Of a stretch of 64,000 nt of DNA, positions 17,412 to 26,570 are shown piece by piece (position 1 is the first letter of the stretch; the number at the start of each line of letters is the position of its first letter). The stretch spans positions 287-64,286 of the forward strand of contig CAVVMY010000015.1 of NCBI GenBank assembly GCA_963749405.1, in the 5' to 3' direction. Source of the stretch: Candidatus Altiarchaeales archaeon (GTDB lineage: Archaea; Altiarchaeota; Altiarchaeia; IMC4; QMZM01). A program made the position numbers and the translations under genes. A model generated the notes under the pieces. That model made no database searches. It saw nothing but the letters and a program-made list of their open reading frames with translations, and had not been told where the DNA came from.

Positions 17412-17500
17412 AATCCGTACCTATTCGGTCTGTTCGATTGCGGTCTGGGGTTTTTTGAAATAAATCCCCCTATTGCGTATACTATACTGGGTGTTTTTTC

Positions 17501-17804
17501 ATGGTCAAGACAGTTAAAGTGCCTGATATCCGGGAGTTGGAGAAGGTTGTCGTTCCCGTTCTCAGGAGTAATGGTGTTGCTAAGGCCGGGTTTTTCGGTT
17601 CTTTCGTAAGGGGCGAAGCCACGAACAAGAGCGACGTTGACATACTTATCGAGTTTCGCGGCAGGAAGAGCCTGTTTGATTCTCTCTCATCTGGAGCTTG
17701 AGCTTGAGGATAAACTGGGAAGAAAGGTTGACGTGGTCACTTATGACTCTTTGCATCATTTGCTGAGGGACAGAATTTTAAAGGAGGAAGTCCGGATTCT
17801 ATGA
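17501..17804 (+). pseudogene. mntA: MntA-type nucleotidyltransferase (MNT) antitoxin, reading frame interrupted (+1) near 17680
   Basis: The catalytic motif GFFGSFVRGEATNKSDVDILIEF is present. The conserved continuation LELELEDKLGRKVDVVTYDSL...ILKEEVRIL is in the +1 frame and ends in an ATGA overlap with the HEPN gene. Confidence 0.7.
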
Positions 17805-18139
17805 AACGTGACGCTTCCGTGTTCCTGCAGCACATACTGGAAAGTATTGCCCGAATAGAAGAGCACACAGAAGGAATGTCTAAAGAAGATTTCATCGCAT
17901 CCGTTAAGACACAGGATGCAGTCATTAGGCGCCTTGAAATTCTTGGAGAGGCATCAAAGAACCTCCCTGCGAGCATTCGGGAAAAACATGCCGAGATTGC
18001 TTGGAGCGATATAATACGTACAAGGGATAAACTAAGTCACGGCTACTTTGGAGTAGACCTAGACCTTGCATGGGATATTGTTAAAAATGATTTGCCTATC
18101 CTAAAGGAAAAGGTCGAGAAGATTATCGGCGAGATTTAG
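17801..18139 (+). CDS. hepT: HepT-type HEPN (DUF86) toxin
   Basis: 112 aa. The R-x4-H motif is in IIRTRDKLSHGYFGVDLDLAWDIV. It is translationally coupled to the upstream MNT gene. Confidence 0.75.
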   Translation: MKRDASVFLQHILESIARIEEHTEGMSKEDFIASVKTQDAVIRRLEILGEASKNLPASIREKHAEIAWSDIIRTRDKLSHGYFGVDLDLAWDIVKNDLPILKEKVEKIIGEI

Positions 18140-18161
18140 GGCGGCTTATAACGCATTACTC

Positions 18162-18894
18162 TTTAGAAAGTTTTCCGCAAGAAACCTGCGGGCTTTAGCC
18201 CGCAGATGAATTGCGGCGTAATTCTGCAGGTGGGTGTCGTATTCTGTTTTGTTTTCCCTTGTTTCTTGCATGGGGAGAGGGCTTTTTATGGGTGTCGCGT
18301 TTTTGTAGACGCGCGCCTTCTCGCTACAAATTATTTATGGGTAGCGTGAGCTCTCGTCTCCGGAGTCGATGGAAATGGAGTCTGTTGAACTACACGCATT
18401 GTGTTGTGGGGGCTAACCTGCATCTGCAGTTTACGCCGGCGTATAGACGCGATATATTCTGTGATTCTGAGGTTATAACGCTGTGTCGGACGGTTTTTGG
18501 CGTCGTCGCCAAAGAACTCGGCGTAGAAATGGCGGCCTGCGAGTTCGGCCCGGACCATGTGCATTTGTTTCTGTCCGGGTGGAAGAATTACGCGATACCC
18601 GACCTCGTTCAGCGGCTGAAGGGTCGAAGCAGCCGTGAAATACGAGAAAAACTCTGGAACCGAATCAAGAGCAAATTGTGGGGCGACAAGTTCTGGAGTG
18701 GCGGATACTTCGCGGAAACCGTCGGACGAATAACCGCCGAAAACGCGAAGTATTACATAGAACGCCAACAAGGGAAGCACTGGAACAGCTATCCGCTACC
18801 GCTCACTGAAAACACAGACCCGCAACAGCTAAAAATAACACAGTTCTAGAACCCGAACAAGGACGCCCCGGCCTTCAGGCCGGGCGTAGTTCAC
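18162..18894 (+). mobile_element. IS200/IS605-family element (tnpA only), copy 1, 733 bp
   Basis: It matches 37104-37836 from end to end, differing only in a ~40-nt patch. The subterminal hairpins are CTGCGGGC/ttta/GCCCGCAG at 18186-18205 and CGCCCCGGCC/ttca/GGCCGGGCG at 18864-18886. Confidence 0.8.
18337..18849 (+). CDS. tnpA: IS200-type Y1 (HUH) transposase TnpA
   Basis: The core reads HLQFTPAYRR...GPDHVHLFLS (HUH)...LKGRSSREI...KFWSGGYFAETVG...AKYYIERQ (catalytic Tyr). The start is set at MGSVSS because that ATG stays in frame in both copies. The 212-aa ORF in the track begins inside the left-end hairpin region. Confidence 0.75.
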   Translation: MGSVSSRLRSRWKWSLLNYTHCVVGANLHLQFTPAYRRDIFCDSEVITLCRTVFGVVAKELGVEMAACEFGPDHVHLFLSGWKNYAIPDLVQRLKGRSSREIREKLWNRIKSKLWGDKFWSGGYFAETVGRITAENAKYYIERQQGKHWNSYPLPLTENTDPQQLKITQF

Positions 18895-20098
18895 TTCCTT
18901 CCAGTTTCTTTATTTCCGTTACAAGTATCGTCAGCAGCACTGCAGGATCAGTTACCAGTCCCAGTGCCTGCGTTGTTCCCCTGTCTTGGAGTCTCGTCAC
19001 GACATAGGGATTGATATCGATCGCTACTGTCTTTACCTTTGATGGGAGCATGTTTCCTACTGCGATTCCATGTAGCATGGAGGCGCATATTATGCACATG
19101 TCTGCTTTTTGGACGTATTTTCTCATCTCGTCTTGGGCTGCCATGACGTCTGGTATTGTGTCTGGGAGTGGTCCGTCGTCTCTCAGCGAGCCGCCTATCA
19201 CGAATGGCACGTTGTTTTTTACGCAGTCGTAGAGTACGCCGCTTTTCAGAACTCCCTTATCTATGGCGTTTCGTATGCTGCCTGCTTTCCTTATTTCATT
19301 GATCGCGATGAGGTGGCTTTTGTATCCTCTTCTTAGTACTTTGCCTGTTTTTTCGTCCATGCCCAGGGTGGTTCCGAATAGTTGTTTTTCCACGTCCATC
19401 ACTGAGAATCCGTTTCCTGTGAATAGCGCCTGTACGTAGCCCATCCTTATCAGTTCCTGGAAGGATTTGTCTGCGCCTGTGTGGGCCATGGCTGTTCCCA
19501 TGACATAGATTATGAATCCTTTTTTATCCTTTATCCTCTTCATCTCCCTGGCAAGGTCTTTGACGTAATTGTTTATGGGTTTCTCTGGGGAGATTTCACT
19601 GGACATGAAGCCGAACATGTCGGTTGGCGTCCTTGACCTCTGGGGTGGTTCTATCTTTACGCCGTCAAAGCCCACCACTACCTGGTCGCCTTTTTTGACT
19701 ACACCCTGGCGTCTGCAGTAGGCGTTTGCATTCTCTATGACTATGATGCAGTCCATCTCTATGTCTTTTACTTCCTTCCATTTCCCGCTCATGTAGACAA
19801 ATGTTGGGTGATGGGTTGTTCCGTAGAAGTTGTCCGGAAGCACTCCGTCTGCCGGTGCAGGCTCTGTCTTAACCTCTTTCTTTGGTAGAAGCGCTCCCAG
19901 TTTTTCCAGTTCGTCGAATAATTCAGGCGAGCCTTTTACCTCTATCTTGCAGTAGCTTGGGTCTGTCTTGGTCTTGCCCACGTCCAGCTGCAGTATCTCG
20001 AAGCTCCCCTTCATGTCCATTATGGTGTCAAGGACTCTTGGGAGGATCAGCGAGTCTATTATGTGGCCTTTCAGCTCTATCTCTTCGGTGATTGTCAT
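18875..20098 (-). CDS. TIGR00300-family protein (LOR/SDH-like N-domain; ornithine cyclodeaminase/arginine dihydrolase-like)
   Basis: 407 aa. The start is LKGHIIDSLILPRVLDTIMD..G.F.I..L.VG. The C-terminal domain is Rossmann-like. The last 6 codons and the stop lie inside the IS right end. Confidence 0.5.
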   Translation of the reverse strand: MTITEEIELKGHIIDSLILPRVLDTIMDMKGSFEILQLDVGKTKTDPSYCKIEVKGSPELFDELEKLGALLPKKEVKTEPAPADGVLPDNFYGTTHHPTFVYMSGKWKEVKDIEMDCIIVIENANAYCRRQGVVKKGDQVVVGFDGVKIEPPQRSRTPTDMFGFMSSEISPEKPINNYVKDLAREMKRIKDKKGFIIYVMGTAMAHTGADKSFQELIRMGYVQALFTGNGFSVMDVEKQLFGTTLGMDEKTGKVLRRGYKSHLIAINEIRKAGSIRNAIDKGVLKSGVLYDCVKNNVPFVIGGSLRDDGPLPDTIPDVMAAQDEMRKYVQKADMCIICASMLHGIAVGNMLPSKVKTVAIDINPYVVTRLQDRGTTQALGLVTDPAVLLTILVTEIKKLEGSELRPA

Positions 20099-20257
20099 CT
20101 TATAATTTTGTATATAATTTTATTGGGTAGAAAGTTTATTACTTTCTATGCTAAAAAACTCTCTCTGAGTTTTTTATAGGGTTTGAATTACTATAATATA
20201 CTATTTTAAGTATTAGTGGCATAAATTTCAGGCATAAACAAATCATAGAAAGACAAA

Positions 20258-21832
20258 ATGAAAGCTATCGTGACCACGGGAGGAGTCTTAAGCGGCCTCG
20301 GCAAAGGCGTTACTACGGCATCTATTGGAAGGATACTCAAGGACCGGGGCTATAACGTGATACCTGTCAAGATAGACGGATACGTCAACGTAGACCCGGG
20401 CACGATGAATCCCTACGAGCACGGGGAGGTGTATGTCCTTGACGACGGAAGCGAAACCGACCTGGATCTGGGCCACTATGAGCGGTTCCTCAACACAGAC
20501 CTTACAGGTGAATCGAACATGACGACCGGCAGCATCTATAAGACAGTGATAGAGAAGGAGCGCCGCGGAGACTACCTGGGAAAGACCGTGCAGATAATTC
20601 CCCATATAACAGACGAGATAAAGAAAAGGCTGCGGAAATTCAAAGACGCAGACGTCGTGCTAATCGAGGTCGGAGGAACAGTCGGGGACATGGAGAACAT
20701 GGTCTTCATCGAAGCCCTGAGGCAGCTTTCCAGAGAAGACGACAACAAGTTCCTCTTCGTCCACTTATCATATGTTCCGATAATACCCTCAGGAGAGCAG
20801 AAGACCAAGCCCACGCAGCACTCAGTCAAGGAGCTACTGAGCCTTGGGATACAGCCCAACATCATAATAGGCAGATGCGAAAAGCCCCTCACCGAAAAGA
20901 CAAGAGAAAAAATAGCCCTGTTCTGCGGCGTAAAACCAGAAGAAGTTTTAAGCGATCCGGACATAGAAGACATCTACGATCTGCCGATGATCTTCCGCAA
21001 TCAGGACATGCATAATATACTGGTGAAGAAATTGTGTTTGGAGAGTAAGCCGGTCTATGACTTCCAGTGGGAGGACAATGTCAAGAGAACGCATTCATGC
21101 AAAAAAGAAGCGGTTATCGGCATCTTCGGCAAATACACTGGTTTGGAGGATGCGTATCTCTCCATTAAGGAGTCGTTCAAGCATGCCGGTGCTGCCAACG
21201 GCTGTAAGGTGAAGCTTAAGTGGGTGGAGTCCGAGGATGTATCCCCCAAGGATTTCTCGTCCCTTGACGGCATGCTCGTTCCGGGAGGATTCGGTTCCCG
21301 GGGAGTCGAAGGAAAGATAACAGCCATAAAATACGCAAGGGAGCACAGTCTTCCTTTCCTGGGCATATGCTTTGGGATGCAGCTTGCGGTAGTGGAATAT
21401 GCAAGGAATGTCTGCAGCCTGAAGAATGCCAATACGACAGAAGTAGACCCAGATACAAAGTATCCAGTCATAGACTTCATGCCCGAGCAGAAAGGGATAT
21501 CCAAGAAGGGCGCAACCATGCGTTTGGGAGCCTACGAGTGCGACATAAGCAAAAATTCCATAGCTCATCGCCTGTATCAGCAGGACAAGGTATTCGAGCG
21601 CCATAGGCATCGCTGGGAAGTGAATCCCGAATACATAGGCGTGCTGGAGAAGAACGGTATGAAGTTCTCAGGCAAATACGCGTCGAAGAACCTTATGGAA
21701 ATAATGGAGCTTCCAAGCCATCCCTATTTCGTGGGCTGTCAGTTCCATCCAGAGTTCAAGAGCCGTCCCGAGAAGCCTGCGCCGCTGTTCGCAGGTCTTG
21801 TGGAGGCCGCGCTGAAAACCAGGAAAACTTGA
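20258..21832 (+). CDS. pyrG: CTP synthase
   Basis: 524 aa with N-terminal TTGGVLSGLGKGV. The GATase domain carries GICFGMQLAVVEYARN and HRHRWEVN. Confidence 0.95.
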   Translation: MKAIVTTGGVLSGLGKGVTTASIGRILKDRGYNVIPVKIDGYVNVDPGTMNPYEHGEVYVLDDGSETDLDLGHYERFLNTDLTGESNMTTGSIYKTVIEKERRGDYLGKTVQIIPHITDEIKKRLRKFKDADVVLIEVGGTVGDMENMVFIEALRQLSREDDNKFLFVHLSYVPIIPSGEQKTKPTQHSVKELLSLGIQPNIIIGRCEKPLTEKTREKIALFCGVKPEEVLSDPDIEDIYDLPMIFRNQDMHNILVKKLCLESKPVYDFQWEDNVKRTHSCKKEAVIGIFGKYTGLEDAYLSIKESFKHAGAANGCKVKLKWVESEDVSPKDFSSLDGMLVPGGFGSRGVEGKITAIKYAREHSLPFLGICFGMQLAVVEYARNVCSLKNANTTEVDPDTKYPVIDFMPEQKGISKKGATMRLGAYECDISKNSIAHRLYQQDKVFERHRHRWEVNPEYIGVLEKNGMKFSGKYASKNLMEIMELPSHPYFVGCQFHPEFKSRPEKPAPLFAGLVEAALKTRKT

Positions 21833-22144
21833 ACGTTATTCTGATTTATTAACCTAAAATACGGTATATACTATACATTCAAACCCATGAATATCTTCTA
21901 AATGCGCCTCTGATAAGTTGAAGACATGCAGACTGCAAGCCTTCTTTGGTTATAACCCCTTATCTTGGCCCCTATAGGCCGTAACCGGACCCATCGAAGA
22001 GAAACCAAGATACGTCGACCACAATTAAATGATTTATAAATAAGTACCCCCTTGTATTTCAGCCCTTTGCTTTTATACTAGGATATTGATAATATAATCC
22101 AACTAAAATCATAAAAAAATCACAAACCCACGACAACAAGTCAC

Positions 22145-23080
22145 GTGATCAAAATGAGAGAATGCAAGTCATGCGGTGGCACAAACTTTGTTTCCGACTA
22201 TGAGCGCGGAGAAGTTTACTGCAGGAAATGCGGTCTAGTCTTAGAGGATACTCTATTCGATTTCGGCCCTGAGTGGAGGGCATTTGACAGAGAGCAGCTG
22301 GATAAGAGGGCAAGAACAGGCGGCCTCTTGAGATATGCCAAACTCGGTAAAGGCCTCACCACAGAAATAGATAAATACGACAGGGACATAAAAGGTAAAG
22401 CGATCCCGGCCGAAAGAAAGGCGAAATTCTACAGGCTCAGGAAGTGGCAGACAAGGTCCAAGATGGCGACCTCTCTTCAGAGGAACCTGTCAAAAGCCCT
22501 CCCAGAGCTTGACCGAATGTGCTCATATCTGAAGATCCCTGGCAACGTCAAGGAAGAATGTGCCCTGCTTTACAGGAAATGCGCTGAGAAGGGCATAGTA
22601 AAGGGGCGTTCCATTGAAAGCATGGTTGCAGCTATCATATACCTCGTCACCAGGAAAAACAAGATACCTCGGACATTGGAGGAGCTGGAGACGGCATCAG
22701 GAGTGAAAAAGAAACTCATCAGCGGAAGCTTCAGAAAGATAGTCCACGAGATGGGGATAAAGATGCCTGTGACCACTGCTGCGGACTATGTTCCTTCGCT
22801 TGCGGTACAGCTTGAGGCTTCGGGCGAGACCATGGCCAAAGCAATCGAGCTTGTGGACAAAGCCAAGGAGACCAGCGTAACCACAGGCAAGGTGCCTATA
22901 AGCGTGGCAATTGCCGCACTGTATCTGGCAGCAGACATCACAAAGGATGCCCGGATGAAAAAAGACGTCAAATTCCCAGGCATATCCAAGAACACCATAC
23001 AGAGCAGATACGACGAACTGCTCCGGAAGGTGGCAGGCAAGGAAGCCATGCTTGCCGCACCCATGGCTGCTCCTGCTTAG
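22145..23080 (+). CDS. tfb: transcription initiation factor TFB (TFIIB)
   Basis: Zn ribbon CKSCGG...CRKCG is followed by a B-finger and two cyclin-like repeats. An internal ATG at 22154 is an alternative start. Confidence 0.9.
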   Translation: MIKMRECKSCGGTNFVSDYERGEVYCRKCGLVLEDTLFDFGPEWRAFDREQLDKRARTGGLLRYAKLGKGLTTEIDKYDRDIKGKAIPAERKAKFYRLRKWQTRSKMATSLQRNLSKALPELDRMCSYLKIPGNVKEECALLYRKCAEKGIVKGRSIESMVAAIIYLVTRKNKIPRTLEELETASGVKKKLISGSFRKIVHEMGIKMPVTTAADYVPSLAVQLEASGETMAKAIELVDKAKETSVTTGKVPISVAIAALYLAADITKDARMKKDVKFPGISKNTIQSRYDELLRKVAGKEAMLAAPMAAPA

Positions 23081-23121
23081 AAACCCACTGCGTATTTCTT
23101 TTTCTATTACTATATTACTGC

Positions 23122-23904
23122 ATGGATGAGTCAATAGTTTCTACAGAACTGGTTAAGATCGACAAAGACGCAAATCTCCACGCGGCTCTGGAGCTTATGG
23201 AGAAACGCCGTATCTCAAGGCTTGTCGTAACAGAGGCAGGGCGGATAGTCGGGATACTGGCCGAGGAGGATATCGCAAACAGCCTGGCAACCGGACGGGA
23301 GCGCAGGCTAAAAGCCGAGCATTTCTACGTCAGCGGCGCCATGACCAAAGACCCGATCAGTATAGACATATCAGCCTCCACAATGGATGCTGCGAAACTG
23401 ATGCTTGAAAAAAAATTCTCCTCGCTCCTGGTGAAAAAAGACGGAGACGTAATAGGACTGATCACGAAAACAGACCTGGTAAAGACATTATGCAAATCCA
23501 GAAAAGAAGTCGCCGACTACTATACCAGAGACCCGGCGACAGTCAAACCCGAGGATACCATTGTCTCCGTAAGAAAACTGATGCTTGAGAAAAACATACA
23601 CCAGGTGCTTGTGATAAAAGACGACGCCCTGGCCGGCATGCTTACCGAAAGCGATATCGCAAGAGGCCTGAATACATTCAGAAAGGCGATAGACAAATAC
23701 CCCCAGGCAGACATCAAACGGCTTACCGTGGGCCTAGTCATGCACCCCGACCCCATTATACTGAAACCTGACACAAAGATAGGAAAGCTTGTATCATTGA
23801 TGCTGGAGAAAAAGATATCCTGGTTTCCCATAGAGAACAACATAATAGGCGTGATCACAAAGACCGATTTGATAAGAGGGATAGCTGAGGGAAAACTGCC
23901 TTAG
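23122..23904 (+). CDS. CBS-domain protein (four tandem CBS motifs)
   Basis: 260 aa with the repeated pattern ...H.vlVv..g...GiiT..Dl.... Confidence 0.8.
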   Translation: MDESIVSTELVKIDKDANLHAALELMEKRRISRLVVTEAGRIVGILAEEDIANSLATGRERRLKAEHFYVSGAMTKDPISIDISASTMDAAKLMLEKKFSSLLVKKDGDVIGLITKTDLVKTLCKSRKEVADYYTRDPATVKPEDTIVSVRKLMLEKNIHQVLVIKDDALAGMLTESDIARGLNTFRKAIDKYPQADIKRLTVGLVMHPDPIILKPDTKIGKLVSLMLEKKISWFPIENNIIGVITKTDLIRGIAEGKLP

Positions 23905-24413
23905 TCGGCGTCCTCTGCTGCTTCCCGCTCTATCAGGATTTTGGCGTTGTCTACCGGGAGGTCTGCTATGTCGCCTTCCCTGAATGGTCCATAGTGCACC
24001 ATGTCCGGGCCGATTATGGACGGAAACTGCGTAAGGAACCGGACCTTGATCTTTTCTATTCCCACCTTTGATGCGCCTGCGTTTTCCGCTTTGGCTTTAT
24101 CCGGCTCTGACAGGATGCCTCTGTACTCATTTATGTCCTTTGCTATCACAGCATAGAATGCTTTTTCAGCAGGCACCATATTGGCCGGCTCCTTCTGGCC
24201 GGAACGTAGTGCGGCAAGGACTATTTTGTTCCTGCGCCTCTCAAATATCTCCTCAACGAGCTTCTTTATGTATTCCCTGTGTTCCTCGCCTATCTTTGCA
24301 AGCAAGTCAATTGTGTCATAGTAGAAACAGTCATCTATCTTCTGCAGTTCCGTTCCTGCTTTCTCGCTGCGGTATATGCTCTGGACGTCTGCATATGAAA
24401 TCATCCCAATCAC
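23901..24413 (-). CDS. GINS-complex subunit-like protein (Gins51/Gins23 family)
   Basis: 170 aa. The N-terminal helical A-domain pattern includes L.KI...FY. The C-terminal small B-domain reads V.FL..FPSIIGPDMVHYGPFREGDIADLPVDNAKILIE. Confidence 0.45.
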   Translation of the reverse strand: MIGMISYADVQSIYRSEKAGTELQKIDDCFYYDTIDLLAKIGEEHREYIKKLVEEIFERRRNKIVLAALRSGQKEPANMVPAEKAFYAVIAKDINEYRGILSEPDKAKAENAGASKVGIEKIKVRFLTQFPSIIGPDMVHYGPFREGDIADLPVDNAKILIEREAAEDAD

Positions 24414-24461
24414 CCTTCTCCTAAATTATTAATAGTTCAAAAGACTAATAACCAAAACATA

Positions 24462-25185
24462 ATGAAAGAACTCCTGTTCGGAAATACCAAGGTAGCGCCT
24501 GACGTGCGAAGACTAAGCAACATGAAGGAGGTCGTCTACGACAGAGAATTCCTCGCAAAGTCAAAAGACATAGACCTATATTACATGTACCGCGACCTCG
24601 CATTGAGCAGGAAAGACCGCGAAGCCATGCAAAGCGAAGACCTGCGCTACGACATTACCATAATACCTCCAAGGATGCTGGGCACAGAATACGTAAAGAC
24701 CCTGGGACACTATCACCCGATCGTTCCTGGCACAACTTTGTCCTACACTGAGCTCTATGAGGTGCTTGAGGGGGAGGCTCATTATCTCTTGCAGAAAGAG
24801 GAAAAAGGCAAAATAACAGACGTTGTCTTGGTGAAAGCCGGGAAAGGCGATAAGGTAATAATGTCTCCTAATTACGGCCACGTTACCATAAAATCCCTCG
24901 AATAAGGAATTGAAGATGGCAAACCTCGTAAGCGGCAGATTCTCGTCAGTGTATCAGCCCTACATAGACAAGCACGGCGGCACATATTATGAGCTGCGGA
25001 AAGGCTGCGTCGAAAACAAGCATTATGGAAAGCTGCCCAAGCTGCGGACGGTTGCGGCAAAGGATGTGCCTGAACTGAGCTTGAAAAAATCGGAAGAAAT
25101 ATATTCGCTTGTCAGAAAAGACATAGGAAAACTAAGCTTCCTGAACCGGCCCCAAGACCACGACTGGCTAAAAAGGCTTTATTAG
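24462..25185 (+). pseudogene. cupin-type glucose-6-phosphate isomerase (cPGI), reading frame interrupted (+1) in an A-run at 24888-24896
   Basis: The cupin core reads LGHYHP...YELYEVLEGEAHYLLQKE...SPNYGHVTI. The expected continuation N-PSNKELKMANLVSGRFSSVYQPYIDKHGG is in the +1 frame (ORF 24910..25185 plus 6 upstream codons). Confidence 0.6.
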
Positions 25186-25655
25186 GCTTTGAATGCATTT
25201 TTACATGCATCGCAGAGCCTCATAGGCTTCATGCGGACGTCTTCAAGGCAGTTGGAAAAACGCATGAAGCAGCGGTTCTCGCAATGCCTAAGACCAAGGA
25301 TGTGCCCTGTTTCATGCAGTGATTCTTTCAGTATAAGTTCCTCGGATTTAAGCCTGTAAACTGAAAGGACAGCTCCATAATTCCTCGCAGCATAGCCGAA
25401 AACATAGCTCGTATTCTTTGCATAGATATCTTTGTCAACGAGCCACAGAGCAACATCAGCCTGCTTCATCCGGCTCATGTACTCCAGAAGCGAGGCTGCA
25501 TCATATTGCTTCCTCGCGGCGTTGTAAGCAGACGGGATGAATTCCAGGACGTCATTTCTGTAATTGTGCAGCCCATAAACCTCCTCAAGGCTCTTGCATA
25601 CGCCTTTCACATATCTCTCGCAGCTCTTCGCATAAAATATCTGGATTCTCATCAT
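25182..25655 (-). CDS. amzA: archaemetzincin (zinc metalloprotease)
   Basis: 157 aa. The sequence HETGHILGLRHCENRCFM...LCDACK is the archaemetzincin HExxHxxGxxxC...C..C signature. Confidence 0.85.
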   Translation of the reverse strand: MMRIQIFYAKSCERYVKGVCKSLEEVYGLHNYRNDVLEFIPSAYNAARKQYDAASLLEYMSRMKQADVALWLVDKDIYAKNTSYVFGYAARNYGAVLSVYRLKSEELILKESLHETGHILGLRHCENRCFMRFSNCLEDVRMKPMRLCDACKNAFKA

Positions 25656-25736
25656 AAGTTGAATTTAATCTGTTAATTCTTTATAGAACAATTCCATAAA
25701 TAACCTAAAATCCATAAAAAAACCAAAATAATCTAG

Positions 25737-26564
25737 ATGAAAACACCGGACCTAAGACCGACAACAATGCAGTTATCGATAACCTATGCAAACAAACTCC
25801 TCGGCATGAACTACTCCCGAAAAGAAGCAAAGGAACTACTGGAAAAGATGAGACACGGAGCAGACCCGGATGCAAAAGACAAAGACACAATAAACGTAAA
25901 AATAGCACCCTACCGAACCGACATACTACACCCAATAGACCTCGTAGAAGACATAGCCATAGCCTACGGATACGCAAACTACGCACCAGAGACACCCAAG
26001 ATCGCAACAATCGGCTCAAAACACCCCCTCGAGACCTACTCGGATACCTGCAGAGAGCTTATGCTGGGCCTATCCTTCCAGGAAGTTATGACTCTCATCA
26101 TGACCAACAAAAAAGACCTCTTCGAGCGCATGAACCATCCATCGGAGCCTGTCGCGGAGGCCGAGAACCCGGTGTCATCCGATCATGCCATAGCTAGGAC
26201 CTGGATTATGCCTTCTCTTTTGTCTGTTCTGGAGAAGAACAAGAACCGCGAGTACCCTCAAAGGGTGTTCGAGATAGGGGACTGCATACTCGGCGACGGC
26301 TCGGAGAAAAGAAAAATTGCAGGCGTGCTTGCTCATTCCCGGGCCAATTACTCGGAGATAAAGGCTGTCGTCGTCGGCCTGCTTGATAGCCTGGACGCAA
26401 AATCGGAGATAGAGGCGTGCCTGCATCCAAGTTTCATAGGCGGCAGATGCGCATCATGCGCCTCAGGCTTCTTCGGGGAGATTCATCCAAAGGTTTTGGA
26501 AAATTTCGGGCTGGAGGTACCGGTTGCCGGTTTCGAATTGGATGTGAATATTCTTGTCGACTGA
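25737..26564 (+). CDS. pheT: phenylalanine--tRNA ligase beta subunit, C-terminal half only (B5 plus catalytic-like domains)
   Basis: 275 aa. It starts in the B5 domain (ITYANKLLGMNYSRKEAKELLEKM...APYRTDILHPIDLVEDIAIAYGY). It continues through ENPVSSDHAIARTWIMPSLL...PQRVFEIGD. There is no B1 or B3_4 region upstream. Confidence 0.8.
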   Translation: MKTPDLRPTTMQLSITYANKLLGMNYSRKEAKELLEKMRHGADPDAKDKDTINVKIAPYRTDILHPIDLVEDIAIAYGYANYAPETPKIATIGSKHPLETYSDTCRELMLGLSFQEVMTLIMTNKKDLFERMNHPSEPVAEAENPVSSDHAIARTWIMPSLLSVLEKNKNREYPQRVFEIGDCILGDGSEKRKIAGVLAHSRANYSEIKAVVVGLLDSLDAKSEIEACLHPSFIGGRCASCASGFFGEIHPKVLENFGLEVPVAGFELDVNILVD

Positions 26565-26570
26565 ACTGAA

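Noticed and set aside
18211-18336. N-terminal 42 codons of the 212-aa TnpA ORFs (also 37153-37278)
   Set aside because: This stretch overlaps the left-end hairpin and non-coding end of the IS. IS200 TnpA proteins are about 130-170 aa. The start at MGSVSS is in frame in both copies.
21833-22144. 312-bp intergenic region upstream of tfb, examined for a tRNA, C/D-box sRNA or other ncRNA
   Set aside because: Only a weak GGCC/cctata/GGCC hairpin (21967-21980) and imperfect flanking complementarity are present. I could not identify a cloverleaf, a C/D box pair or any other supportable RNA signature by eye.
25705-26019. 104-aa Leu/Arg-rich minus-strand ORF
   Set aside because: It is antisense to the well-supported pheT reading frame.
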